Below are positions 1 through 8,870 of a stretch of DNA of 64,000 nucleotides, one piece after another. Source of the stretch: an uncultured Acidobacteriota bacterium (GTDB lineage Bacteria; Acidobacteriota; Thermoanaerobaculia; Multivoradales; UBA5704). Under the pieces are notes generated by a model that had not been told where the DNA came from, ran no database searches, and worked only from the letters and a program-made list of their open reading frames with translations. The stretch is taken from NCBI GenBank assembly GCA_963700145.1, contig OY969474.1:4064001-4128000 (forward strand). Reading direction: 5' to 3'. How positions within the stretch are numbered: position 1 is the stretch's first letter; each line of letters opens with the position of its first letter. The translations under genes and the position numbers were made by a program.

Positions 1-6
1 AAGATT

Positions 7-1260
7 CTACTTAGCGGAACGCACGGCTTCGCCCAGCGCCGCCATCGCTGCTTCGAGCTGGGCGTCGGCGAGGTAGGGGGCGGGGCCGAGGCGGAGGCGG
101 TCGTCGCGGAAGTCGGTGGAGACGCCGCGGGCGGCCAGGGCGCGGCTGAGCTCGCCGGCGTGGGGGGTGCGGAGGGCGAGGAAGCCGCCGGCCTGGGCGA
201 GCGGCACCTCGCGGTCGCGGTCGATCACCTCCGGCGGCAGGTCGAGGGCGTCGAAGCGCTGCGCCAGGAGCCCCACCTGGTGCTGCGAGACCTCGCGCAG
301 GAGGGCCGGGTCCAGGCCCTGCTCGGCGAAGAAGTCGAAGACCTCGGCCGCCCGGTAGTGGCTCGTCGGGTCGTAGGTGGCGCCGGCGAAGCGGGCTCCG
401 CCGTCGCCGAACGCCACCCGGCCCTCCACCTTCTCGGCCAGCGCTTCGAACTCCGCGAACCATCCGGTGAACACCGGCCGCAGCGCACAGCCCGCCGGCA
501 CGCGCAGGAAGCAGTTGCCTTCGCCGAGCTGGCAGTACTTGTAGCCGCCGCCGACGACGTAAGCGCCGTCGAGCCCGAGGGCGCGGAGCGGGAAGGGCAT
601 GACGTTCAGGGCGTGGTAGGCGTCCACCAGCAGCTCGGCCCCCGCCCGTTCACAAGCCGCCGCCACCCGTTCGAGCCCGTCGACGATCCAGCCGGTCTGG
701 AAGAGGACGGAGGAGACCAGCGCCGCCGCCGTCCGCCCGTCGACCGCCGCCGCCACCCGCTCGGCCACTTCGTCCGGCCGCGCCGCCGGCACCTTGACGA
801 CCTCGATCCCCTCCTCGGCCAGCCGGTCGAGCTGGCGGCGCAGGGTGTGGAACTCGCCGTCGGTCGTGACCAGGCGCGGGCGCTCGCGGAGCGGCAGCGC
901 GGAGAGCCAGCGCACGACGAGGTCGTGCGTGCTGCCGGCCAGCGCGTAGGCGCGCTCGTTGCCGGGTTCCTCGAGCAGGCGCGCGAAGCCGGTGCGCACG
1001 CGGTCGGCCGCCGCGAAGGCGCGGTCCCACTTGCCGTCCACGTGCTCGGCTGCGTCCTCCCAGGCGCGCACCTGCCCGGCGAGCCCGCGGTCGGGCCAGG
1101 CCTGGTGGGAGTGGCCGGTGAGGAGGAGGCGCTCGGCGACGCGGAAGCGGCTGTAGAAAGAAGCTAGGGCGTTCGGGGAGGCGTAGAGGGTTTCGAGGGG
1201 AAATCGCGCCGCCCGCCGCCCAGATCCCTCGCTCTCGCTCGGGATGACATTCCCCTTCAC
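7..1260 (-). CDS. kynU: Kynureninase (PLP-dependent, fold-type V)
   Basis: Motifs TGHSHQAW, LLVDAYH, GGYKY, PVFTGWF. Only plausible start is GTG 1260, overlapping the kynA TGA (GTGA). Confidence 0.85.
   Translation of the reverse strand: MKGNVIPSESEGSGRRAARFPLETLYASPNALASFYSRFRVAERLLLTGHSHQAWPDRGLAGQVRAWEDAAEHVDGKWDRAFAAADRVRTGFARLLEEPGNERAYALAGSTHDLVVRWLSALPLRERPRLVTTDGEFHTLRRQLDRLAEEGIEVVKVPAARPDEVAERVAAAVDGRTAAALVSSVLFQTGWIVDGLERVAAACERAGAELLVDAYHALNVMPFPLRALGLDGAYVVGGGYKYCQLGEGNCFLRVPAGCALRPVFTGWFAEFEALAEKVEGRVAFGDGGARFAGATYDPTSHYRAAEVFDFFAEQGLDPALLREVSQHQVGLLAQRFDALDLPPEVIDRDREVPLAQAGGFLALRTPHAGELSRALAARGVSTDFRDDRLRLGPAPYLADAQLEAAMAALGEAVRSAK
1215..1249. repeat. TGTCA-family REP-like half element inside the kynU 5' coding region
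   Basis: CCCAGATCCCTCGCTCTCGCTCGGGATGACA nearly matches the right arm of the 9466-9550 element. Confidence 0.9.
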
Positions 1261-2030
1261 AGCCGCGGGCGGATCGCCCAGAGGTCGGGGAAGAGCGGCT
1301 GGAAGAGGGTGGTTCGCAGGTACTCCGACCCCGACGAGCCGCCGGTGCCGCGGCGGGTGCCGATCGTGCGCTCGACCATTTTGACGTGCCGGTAGCGCCA
1401 CTCCTGCAGGCCCTCGTCGAGGTCCACCATCCGCTCGCAGACCTCGCGCGTCGCCGGGTCGTCGTGGTAGATGCCGACCAGCACCTCCTGGACGGCCGGG
1501 TCCTCCTGCGGCGGCTGCGCCCGGTCGCGCCCGAGCGCCGACTCCGGCACCGGGTAGTCCTTGTGGGCGAGGTAGAGGAGGAAGGAGTCCCAGAGGCTGT
1601 TGCCGGCGAGGAGCTTCTCGAGCTCCGGCGCCGCCTCCGGGTAGTGGCGGAGGAGCGACGCCTGCCGCGCTCCGAGCTGCAGCTCCAGCCGCCGGAACTG
1701 CAGCGACTGGAAGCCGCTCGCCGTGTCCAGGCGGTGGCGGAAGGAGAGGAAGGAGACCGGCGTCATGGTCTCCAGGATGTCCACCTGCGCCACCAGCGTT
1801 TTGAAGATGGTGAGGACGCGCTTGAAGCCGGCCATCGCGACCGCCCCCTCGCCCGCCTCCAGCGCCCGCTGCAGCCGCTCGACCTCGTGCAGGACCAGCT
1901 TGAACCAGAGCTCGTAGACCTGGTGGATGACGATGAACAGCATCTCGTCGTGCTCCGGCCCCTCCGACTGCGGGGCCTGGAGCGCCAGGAGGTCGTCGAG
2001 CTTGAGGTAGTCGCCGTAGGTCAGCGGCAC
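1257..2030 (-). CDS. kynA: Tryptophan 2,3-dioxygenase
   Basis: TYGDYL, HDEMLFIVIHQVYELWFK, ASGFQS, WRYRHVKMVERTIG, GTGGSSG, FPDLW; start GTG 2030. Confidence 0.95.
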   Translation of the reverse strand: MPLTYGDYLKLDDLLALQAPQSEGPEHDEMLFIVIHQVYELWFKLVLHEVERLQRALEAGEGAVAMAGFKRVLTIFKTLVAQVDILETMTPVSFLSFRHRLDTASGFQSLQFRRLELQLGARQASLLRHYPEAAPELEKLLAGNSLWDSFLLYLAHKDYPVPESALGRDRAQPPQEDPAVQEVLVGIYHDDPATREVCERMVDLDEGLQEWRYRHVKMVERTIGTRRGTGGSSGSEYLRTTLFQPLFPDLWAIRPRL

Positions 2031-2036
2031 GGGGGG

Positions 2037-2042
2037 ATCATA
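2037..2042 (-). promoter_or_regulatory. -10 box (TATGAT) of a probable leaderless kynA transcript
   Basis: TATGAT-N6-GTG with no Shine-Dalgarno sequence. Confidence 0.55.
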
Positions 2043-2147
2043 CCCGCGCGCGGCGGGCGATCCTGAGGTACAATGCGCGCTTCCGAGAACCGAAGACCGC
2101 AACCAAGGGGGTCGTCGAGCGGCCCCAAGTTTCAGGAGGTCAAGCAG

Positions 2148-2774
2148 ATGAAGCGTTTCTCGTCCCTCGCCGTGGTCGCCGCCCTGCTCGTCGCGGCCGC
2201 CGCGCTGCCGGCGCTCGCCGCCGACAACAGCACCAAGCCCCGCATCGCCGTCCTCGAGTTCAAGAGCAAGGCCGAGAACCAGTGGTGGTACCACAACGGC
2301 TCCGCGGCCGCCCAGGACGTCTTCGTCACCGAGCTGTTCAAGAGCGGCAAGTTCCGCGTCGTCGAGCGCGAGCAGCTCGCGGCGCTGATGCAGGAGAAGA
2401 ACCTCACCCTCTCCGGCGACCTCGACCCGGCCACCGCCGTCAAGGTCGGCAAGATCCTCGGCGTCAACTATCTGCTCACCGGCTCCGTCACCGAGTACGG
2501 GGCGACCGACGTCGGCGGCCACGCCCCCGGCGTGCGCCGCCTCCCCGGCTTCTCGGCCGGCAAGCGCAACTTCGTGGCGGCGATGAACGCCCGCCTGATC
2601 GACACCTCGACCGGCGAGATCGTCTGGGCCGACGAGGGCCGCGGCGAGGAGAGCAGCGTCAAGGTCAACGTCGGCGGCTTCGGCGGCGGCGTGGACGACG
2701 ACCGCATGTTCGACAAGGTGATGAAGCCGGTCATCCAGCAGCTCGTCGCCAGCATCAAGGCGGCCGACCTGTAG
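2148..2774 (+). CDS. CsgG/HfaB-family exported protein
   Basis: Signal peptide; RIAVLEF, FRVVEREQL, GKILGVNYLLTGSVTEY, ARLIDTSTGEI; RBS AGGAGG. Confidence 0.85.
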   Translation: MKRFSSLAVVAALLVAAAALPALAADNSTKPRIAVLEFKSKAENQWWYHNGSAAAQDVFVTELFKSGKFRVVEREQLAALMQEKNLTLSGDLDPATAVKVGKILGVNYLLTGSVTEYGATDVGGHAPGVRRLPGFSAGKRNFVAAMNARLIDTSTGEIVWADEGRGEESSVKVNVGGFGGGVDDDRMFDKVMKPVIQQLVASIKAADL

Positions 2775-2802
2775 ACCTCGGACCGCTCCGGCGGATTGCG
2801 AG

Positions 2803-2833
2803 AGGGCCCGGCGCTGCCGGGCCCTTTTCGTTT
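2803..2833 (+). terminator. Rho-independent terminator
   Basis: AGGGCCCGGC-gct-GCCGGGCCCT followed by TTTCGTTT. Confidence 0.75.
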
Positions 2834-2848
2834 GTACACTCCGCAGCC

Positions 2849-4570
2849 ATGAGCCGCGCTCGGCGTAGTTGCTGCCTGCCGCTTTTCCTCCTTCTCAGCG
2901 CTGCGCCGCTCGCCGCCTACTACCCGCCGGCCGTCTCCGGCACCGGCGGCGCGGTGGCCTCGAACGACCCGCTCGCCACCGCCGCCGGGCTCGAGGCGCT
3001 GCGCGCCGGCGGCAACGCCGTGGACGCCGCGGTGGCGACGGCGCTGGCGCTGGCGGTGGTCTTCCCCGAGGCCGGGAACTTGGGCGGCGGCGGCTTCGCG
3101 GTGGTCAAGATCGGCGACGAGCTGGCGACGCTCGACTTCCGCGAGACGGCGCCGGCCGCCGCGCACCGCACGATGTTCCTCGACGAGCGCGGCGAGCCGA
3201 TCCCCTACGCCTCGCGCTACGGCGGGCTCGCCGCCGGCGTCCCCGGGTCCCCCTCCGGCTACTACGACCTGCACCGGCGGTTCGGGCGGCTGCCCTGGCA
3301 GCGGGTGGTCGCGCCCGCGCTCCGCCTGGCGGGCGAGGAGCTGGTCGTCGGCGAGCACCTGCACCGCGTGCTGGGCGACTTCCGGGAGGGGCTCGCGCGC
3401 TTCCCCGAGACCGCCGCGCTCTGGCTGCGCGACGGCGAGCCGCTGCCGGTCGGCGCCCGCGTGCGCCAGTCCGACCTCGCCGCCACCCTGGCGCTCTATG
3501 CCGAGCGCGGCCCCTCCGGGATCGTCGAGGGGCGGGTGGCCGCCGCCATCGAGGCCGCGGCGCGCAAGCACGGCGGCGTGCTGCGCGCCGCCGACCTCGC
3601 CGCCTACCGCCCGGCCTGGCGCGAGCCGCTGCGCTTCCGCGCCTGGGGGTGGGACTTGGCCGCCATGCCGCTGCCTTCGGCCGGCGGCACCATCGTCGGA
3701 CAGACCCTGGGCGTCCTCGAGCGCGTGCGCTGGGGCGAGCTGCCGCGCTTCGGCGCCGACCGCTGGCATCTCCTGGCCGAGACCTTCCGCCGCGCCTTCG
3801 CCGACCGCACGCTCCTCGCCGACCCGGCGACCACCCGCGCCACGCCGGCCGAGCTGCTCGCCCCGCGCCGGCTGGAGGACTTCGTGGCGCGCCTCGACCG
3901 CGCGCGCGCGACGCCGTCGGCCGCGGTCGAGCCCTGGGCCGGCGCGGCCGGCGCCGCCGGCGCGTCCGAGGGCGCTGACACCACCCACCTCTCCGTCGTC
4001 GACGGCGACGGCAACCTCGTCGCCCTGACCACGACGCTCAACGACCTCTTCGGCAACGGCCTCTACGTGCCGGGGGCGGGGTTCTTCTTGAACGACGAGA
4101 TGGACGACTTCGCCACCAACCCCGACCGCGCCGGCGCCGCCGGCCAGGGGGAGGCGAACGCCGTCGCGCCGGGGAAGCGGATGCTCTCCTCGATGTCCCC
4201 GACCCTGGCCTGGCGCGCCGGCGAGGCGCTCGTCGTCGGCGGGCGCGGCGGGCGGCGCATCCCGACCGGCACCGCGCAGGCGCTGCTCAACCTCCTGGTT
4301 GACGGCGACGAGCTGGCCGCCGCGCTCGCCCGGCCGCGCGTCCACCACCAGTGGCTCCCCGACCGCCTGGAGGCCGAGGCCGACGCCCTCGCCCCCGAGA
4401 CCCGCGCCGAGCTGGAGCGGCGCGGCCACGCGATCGTGGTTCCCGAGCTCAAGGACATCCCCAAGATCACCGCGGTCCGACGCCTGCCCGACGGCCGCGT
4501 GGCCGCCTCGACCGACCCGCGCGGCGCGGCGCCGCGCGACGGCGCCGCCGTCCTCTCGCCGACCCCGTAG
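2849..4570 (+). CDS. ggt: Gamma-glutamyltransferase
   Basis: GGNAVDAAVA, AGNLGGGGF, DFRETAP, catalytic DTTHLSVVD, LSSMSPT. Confidence 0.93.
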   Translation: MSRARRSCCLPLFLLLSAAPLAAYYPPAVSGTGGAVASNDPLATAAGLEALRAGGNAVDAAVATALALAVVFPEAGNLGGGGFAVVKIGDELATLDFRETAPAAAHRTMFLDERGEPIPYASRYGGLAAGVPGSPSGYYDLHRRFGRLPWQRVVAPALRLAGEELVVGEHLHRVLGDFREGLARFPETAALWLRDGEPLPVGARVRQSDLAATLALYAERGPSGIVEGRVAAAIEAAARKHGGVLRAADLAAYRPAWREPLRFRAWGWDLAAMPLPSAGGTIVGQTLGVLERVRWGELPRFGADRWHLLAETFRRAFADRTLLADPATTRATPAELLAPRRLEDFVARLDRARATPSAAVEPWAGAAGAAGASEGADTTHLSVVDGDGNLVALTTTLNDLFGNGLYVPGAGFFLNDEMDDFATNPDRAGAAGQGEANAVAPGKRMLSSMSPTLAWRAGEALVVGGRGGRRIPTGTAQALLNLLVDGDELAAALARPRVHHQWLPDRLEAEADALAPETRAELERRGHAIVVPELKDIPKITAVRRLPDGRVAASTDPRGAAPRDGAAVLSPTP

Positions 4571-4585
4571 CCTCGCGCCCATCCC

Positions 4586-4601
4586 TGGCGCGTGCCTTGC
4601 T
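4586..4601 (+). promoter_or_regulatory. sigma54 -24/-12 promoter
   Basis: TGGCGC-gtgcc-TTGCT, intergenic, ending 16 nt before ATG 4618. Confidence 0.6.
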
Positions 4602-4617
4602 GCCGCCAGCCCTCGGC

Positions 4618-4761
4618 ATGCCGCGGCGGGAAAAACTGAAGACCGAGCTGCCGGGCTTCGACCTCACCCGGGACCCGGAGTTCCAGCGCCGGACCTGGGT
4701 GGCGCAGCGGGTGGGGCGGGTGGCGATGGCGCCCGCTCAGGATGACAAGCTAGCCGTCTGA
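4618..4761 (+). pseudogene. Truncated N-terminus of a conserved hypothetical membrane protein
   Basis: MPRREK...DPEFQRRTWVAQRVGRVAMA runs into a REP end (CGCTCAGGATGACA, 4734-4747) where a TM helix would begin. Confidence 0.5.
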
Positions 4762-4768
4762 GCGCGCT

Positions 4769-5992
4769 TTACGCACCGAATTTGGCGAGACGCCCTGCGT
4801 TCGCCAGCAGCAACCCCATCAGATGGTGCGACGGGAAGGTCCCGAGGTGGCCGCGCGCGGCGGCGGTCTCGCCGAACTCGGTCGAGCCGTCCACGAAGCA
4901 GTAAGGGCCGTGGAGGAGGAGCGGCACCGGGTGCCAGGAGTGCGCCTTGAGCGGCGCCGGCGTCGAGTGGTCGCCGGTCACCGCCACCACCTCCGGCCGC
5001 CGCTCGAGCAGGCGCGGCAGCCCGGCGTCCACCTCCTCGAGCGCCCGCACCTTCTCGGCCAGGTTGCCGTCCTCGCCGGCGGCGTCGGTCTGCTTGATGT
5101 GGAGGAAGAAGAGGTCGAAGTCGTCCCAGCGGGCGAGGACGGCGTCGACCGTCTCCGAAAACTTCTTGCCGCAGGGGACGACCTGCATGCCGCAGGCGGC
5201 GGCGACGCCGCGGTAGAGGGGGTACCCCGCGAAGGCGCCGCAGCGCAGGCCGTGGAGGTCGCCGAGCTGCGGCAGGTGGGGGAGGCGCGAGAAGCCGCGG
5301 AGGAGGACCCGGTTGGCCTTCGCCTCGGCGGCGATGGCCCGCTCCATGACCGCGATCGCCCGCCGCAGCCGCTCGGCCGTGGCCGCCGCCTCCGGCGCCT
5401 CGGCCTCGGGCGGCAGCGGCGGCACGCCGAGCCGCTGCGGGTCGGTGGCCGAGACCGCCGGCGAGAGCCCCTCGCCGCGCAGGATGGCGACGAAGCGGTG
5501 CCCCTCGCCCGGCTCGAGCTGAATCTCCAGACTGGGGATGGGCTCGCGCGCCAGCGCCTCGCGCAGCACGGCGACGAGCCGGCGGCACTCCTCGGTCGAG
5601 ATGCGGCCGGCGCGGCGGTCGGTCAGATTCCCGGCGGCGTCGGCGGTGGCGAAGTTGCCGCGCGCGGCGATGTCCTCGGGCCCGAGCTCGAGGCCCGCCC
5701 CCATCGCCTCCAGGACGCCGCGGCCGATGTCCACCTCCGGCTCGGTCGGGTCGTAGCCGAAGAGGGCGAGGTGGCCGGGGCCGCTCCCCGGGGTGACGCC
5801 GGTCGCGACCGGCACGATGCGGCCGAGTGCCGAGCGCGCCGCCAGGGCGTCGAGGTTGGGCAGCCGCGCCCGCTCGAGCGCGGTCTCCGGCTGGTCGGCG
5901 GTGCGGATGTCCCCCAGCCCGTCGATCACCAGCAGGACGATGCGCGTCCCGGCCGGCTGGGCGAGGCTGGCGAGGATCTCTTGGTGGCGCAC
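4769..5992 (-). CDS. apgM: 2,3-bisphosphoglycerate-independent phosphoglycerate mutase (ApgM type)
   Basis: IDGLGD, TPGSGPGHLALFGY, DRRAGRI, TGDHSTP, HSWHPVP. Confidence 0.92.
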   Translation of the reverse strand: MRHQEILASLAQPAGTRIVLLVIDGLGDIRTADQPETALERARLPNLDALAARSALGRIVPVATGVTPGSGPGHLALFGYDPTEPEVDIGRGVLEAMGAGLELGPEDIAARGNFATADAAGNLTDRRAGRISTEECRRLVAVLREALAREPIPSLEIQLEPGEGHRFVAILRGEGLSPAVSATDPQRLGVPPLPPEAEAPEAAATAERLRRAIAVMERAIAAEAKANRVLLRGFSRLPHLPQLGDLHGLRCGAFAGYPLYRGVAAACGMQVVPCGKKFSETVDAVLARWDDFDLFFLHIKQTDAAGEDGNLAEKVRALEEVDAGLPRLLERRPEVVAVTGDHSTPAPLKAHSWHPVPLLLHGPYCFVDGSTEFGETAAARGHLGTFPSHHLMGLLLANAGRLAKFGA

Positions 5993-6009
5993 GGGGGACT
6001 GCTGGCCGG

Positions 6010-6432
6010 CTACGGGACGAAGTACGCGCTCGCCCTCACCTGCAGCCGGGCCCGCGGCTCGAAGCCGCTGCCGACCAGGGTGAAGGCCGAGTCGGCGCCC
6101 AGGATCGGCAGCACGATCCAGCCGTCGAAGCTCTCGCCGCCGGCGTAAGGCGGGACGACCGGCTCGATCTCGGCGATCTTGGTCCAGTGCTCGTCGTCGG
6201 GGTCGAAGCAGGCGCGCAGCTCGACGTAGGCGCGGTCGAGGTCGATCGTGCGCTGCCCCGAGGGGTGCCAGACCGAGAAGACGAAGCGCACCTCGTCGTA
6301 GGGGCTGGTCGGCAGGTGGGCCTTGCCGGCCACCACCAGCGGGAAGGAGAAGGCGCCCGCGGTGTCGGTGGCGAAGATCTCCGGGGTGGAGTCGAAGACC
6401 ACCTGGCGGGGGGGCGTGGTGGGAGTCGTCAT
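6010..6432 (-). CDS. Hypothetical protein (beta-rich)
   Basis: Coding-like composition; ATGA overlap with eda; apparent operon with apgM. Confidence 0.7.
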   Translation of the reverse strand: MTTPTTPPRQVVFDSTPEIFATDTAGAFSFPLVVAGKAHLPTSPYDEVRFVFSVWHPSGQRTIDLDRAYVELRACFDPDDEHWTKIAEIEPVVPPYAGGESFDGWIVLPILGADSAFTLVGSGFEPRARLQVRASAYFVP

Positions 6433-7082
6433 CCCGCCTCCCCCGTGCGGGCCAGCTCGATCGCCCGCGCCACCCGCCGGCGGGTCTCGTCGGCGCCGTC
6501 GCCCAGGAGGGGCGCGCCGATGCCGAAGGCGACCGCGCCGGCCGCCCGGTAGGCCGGGATCTCCTCGACCCCGAAGCCGCCAGCGGCGAGCATCGGCAGG
6601 TCGCCCAGCGGCTGGCGCACGGTGGCGAGGTAGGCCGCTCCCCCGACCGGCGGCAGCGGGTAGACCTTGACCAGGTCGGCGCCCAGCTCGTGCGCCGCGA
6701 CGATCTCGGAGGGCGTCAGGGCGCCCATGACCAGGAAGAGGTCGGCGCGCCGCGCCTCCTCGGCCACCTCGCGGCTGACGTTGGGGGTGACCAGGAACTC
6801 CGCCCCGGCGGCCACCGCCTCGCGGGCCCGGGCGGCGGTGGTGACCGTCCCCGCCCCGTACCAGGGGGGGCCGTCGCCGCCGCGGGCGGCGATCAGCTCG
6901 CGGATCAGCCGCGGGGCCCCGGGAACGGTGAAGGTGATCTCGACCAGCTCCGCCCCGCCCGCCGCGAAGGCCCGCGCCTGGCGCAGCGCCTCCTCGGGCG
7001 AGGGGGTGCGCACCACCGCCACCACGGGCGCCCGCCGCACGCTCCTCCCCACGTCCGTCCGCGTGCCGAGAGTTGTCACCAT
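6429..7082 (-). CDS. eda: KDPG/KHG aldolase
   Basis: VVAVVR, VEITFT, GAGTV, GAEFLVTP, GALTPSEI, VKVYP. Confidence 0.88.
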   Translation of the reverse strand: MVTTLGTRTDVGRSVRRAPVVAVVRTPSPEEALRQARAFAAGGAELVEITFTVPGAPRLIRELIAARGGDGPPWYGAGTVTTAARAREAVAAGAEFLVTPNVSREVAEEARRADLFLVMGALTPSEIVAAHELGADLVKVYPLPPVGGAAYLATVRQPLGDLPMLAAGGFGVEEIPAYRAAGAVAFGIGAPLLGDGADETRRRVARAIELARTGEAG

Positions 7083-7139
7083 GCGGGCGGGGAGTCTATC
7101 ATCGGCTTCCTTTCACCCCGGGAGGCGACCGGCTCGCCA

Positions 7140-7664
7140 ATGGCCATTCCAGAGCAACCGATCGAGCGCGAGACGCTCGAGGAATTGCTGCCGCGAGTGC
7201 GCCCGCGGCTCAAGCAGATCCTCGCCCGCTACCGCGTGCCGGCCCACGAGGCCGAGGACCTTATCCAGGAGGCCCTGATCGCCACCTTCCGGAAGTGGGA
7301 GACCATCGACGACCCCGAGGCCTGGCTGCTCATCACGCTGCGCAACCGCTGCGTCATCTACTGGCGGAAGCGCCGCGCCAGCCTCACCAACTCGGTGGAC
7401 ATGGCGATCCTGGAGCTGCTCTCCGAGCCGCAGCAGGCGCCGCAGGAGCGCGACGAGCTGCGCTGGGACCTCACGCACCTGCTGCACGAGCTGTCGCCGC
7501 GCTGCCGGCAGCTCCTCCGCCTGCGCTACCACCTGGGCTACGACCCCCAGGAGGTGGCCGCCGAGATGGGCTACCACCCCTCCAGCGTGCGCAAGGTGAG
7601 CCGGCGGTGCCTCTTGGCGCTGACGCGGGCGCTCTTGACGCGCGATACACCGAAGGCGAATTAG
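7140..7664 (+). CDS. ECF-type sigma-70 factor
   Basis: Region 2 AEDLIQE...WLLITLRNRC; region 4 LSPRCRQLLRLRY..G...EVAAEMG; ATG 7140. Confidence 0.85.
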   Translation: MAIPEQPIERETLEELLPRVRPRLKQILARYRVPAHEAEDLIQEALIATFRKWETIDDPEAWLLITLRNRCVIYWRKRRASLTNSVDMAILELLSEPQQAPQERDELRWDLTHLLHELSPRCRQLLRLRYHLGYDPQEVAAEMGYHPSSVRKVSRRCLLALTRALLTRDTPKAN

Positions 7665-7665
7665 A

Positions 7666-7742
7666 AAACGCCCGGCACGTGGGCCGGGCGCTACGGGCAC
7701 CAAACGGTCTTCGTAGCGGCGGGCCTACGTGCCCGCCGTTTT
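7666..7742. repeat. Doublet of GTAG-tagged REP palindromes (REPIN-like)
   Basis: Minus strand CGTAG-CGCCCGGC-ccacgt-GCCGGGCG-TTT (7666-7695); plus strand CGTAG-CGGCGGGC-ctacgt-GCCCGCCG-TTTT (7712-7742). The stems differ by compensatory changes. Confidence 0.85.
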
Positions 7743-8477
7743 CAGGGCGTGCTGCAATCGGCGGCAGATGCCGCGCAGGATGCGGACCTCGCGCTCGCGC
7801 GGGGCGGCGCGGGCGGCTAGGGCGCGCAGGTCGCGCAGCACGCCGGCGAAGGTGTCGTCGCGGGCGAAGCCGGCGGCGACCAGCACCTCCGTGAGCTGGC
7901 CGCAGAGCCCTTCGAGGTCGCCGGCCGCGGCGAGTGGCTCGTCCGCGGCCGCGACGCCCGCGGCCTGCGCCGCGCCGGCCTCCAGCCGCGCCAGGTAGAG
8001 CTCGTAGGCGAGGAGCAGCACCGCCTGCGCCAGGTTGAGCGTCGGCTGCTCCGGCGCGCAGGGGACGTGGACGACTGCGCCGGCCAGTGCCAGCTCCTCG
8101 TTGGTGAGCCCGCCGACCTCCGGCCCGAAGACCAGCGCCGTCGGGGTGCCGGGCGGATCGCCGGCGAGGAGCGCCGGCAGCTCGCGCGGCAGGAGCAGCG
8201 GCAGCGCCAGCCGCCGGTCGCGCGTCGAGGTGGTGCCGACGACCCGGCGGAAGGGCGCCAAGGCGGACTCGAGCGAAGGGTGGCGCTCCGCCCGCTCGAG
8301 CACCTGCCGGGCGCCGACGGCGAAGGCGCGGGCGGTCTCGCCGAGCGCCACCGCCGGCTCGACGAGCAGCAGGCGCCCGAGCCCCATGTTGACCATGGCG
8401 CGCGCCGCGGCACCGACGTTGCCCTCCTCGCGCGGCCGCACCAGCACCACCGCCGGCGGGCTCCACTCGGCTCCCAT
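7725..8477 (-). CDS. trmJ: TrmJ/LasT-family SPOUT tRNA methyltransferase
   Basis: VVLVRP..EGNVGAAARAM, LVFGPEVGGLTNEEL, TLNLAQAV, EVRILRGI. Confidence 0.88.
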   Translation of the reverse strand: MGAEWSPPAVVLVRPREEGNVGAAARAMVNMGLGRLLLVEPAVALGETARAFAVGARQVLERAERHPSLESALAPFRRVVGTTSTRDRRLALPLLLPRELPALLAGDPPGTPTALVFGPEVGGLTNEELALAGAVVHVPCAPEQPTLNLAQAVLLLAYELYLARLEAGAAQAAGVAAADEPLAAAGDLEGLCGQLTEVLVAAGFARDDTFAGVLRDLRALAARAAPREREVRILRGICRRLQHALKTAGT

Positions 8478-8534
8478 GCGGCGCACTCTATTTCTTGACA
8501 GGCGCTGGGGGCCGGGCTAGCGTCGCCGCGCTCC

Positions 8535-8846
8535 ATGACCGAGACCGCGACGCGCGCCTACCTGATCTTCACCGGCACCGGGCCGATCCTCGTCCTCTCC
8601 ACCTACCCGCAGATCACCGACCCGCGGCTGGTGCAAAAGCTCCGCTACAAGGGGATCGACAAGTTCATCGCCTACGAGGTGGACCTCGACGCGGTGCAGG
8701 ACCGCTACCGGCACTCGTACGAGACGATCTCGAAGGACCTGGTGGACGGCGAGGAGGACCTCCGCGTCCTCGACTTCAACGGGCACCAGATCATGGCGAA
8801 TTTTTCGTTGCAGGCGCTCGGCGAGCCGGTCAAGTTCGAGGGATAG
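8535..8846 (+). CDS. Conserved hypothetical cytosolic protein
   Basis: Clean GC3 codon usage; IFTGTGPILVL, KGIDKFIAYEV, DLRVLDFNGH. Confidence 0.8.
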   Translation: MTETATRAYLIFTGTGPILVLSTYPQITDPRLVQKLRYKGIDKFIAYEVDLDAVQDRYRHSYETISKDLVDGEEDLRVLDFNGHQIMANFSLQALGEPVKFEG

Positions 8847-8852
8847 GTGGAT

Positions 8853-8870
8853 TGTCATCGGAATGACAGA
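8853..8870. repeat. Collapsed TGTCA-family element
   Basis: TGTCAT-cgga-ATGACA, the two element termini joined; contains the maf stop codon. Confidence 0.6.

Noticed and set aside
2105-2127. Hairpin in the 5' region of the CsgG-like gene as a riboswitch
   Set aside because: Single short stem with no recognisable aptamer consensus.
4566-4592. GTAG followed by CGCGCC-N7-GGCGCG after ggt as a REP
   Set aside because: Short GC-only stem unrelated to the other REPs; better explained by the stop codon plus the sigma54 motif.
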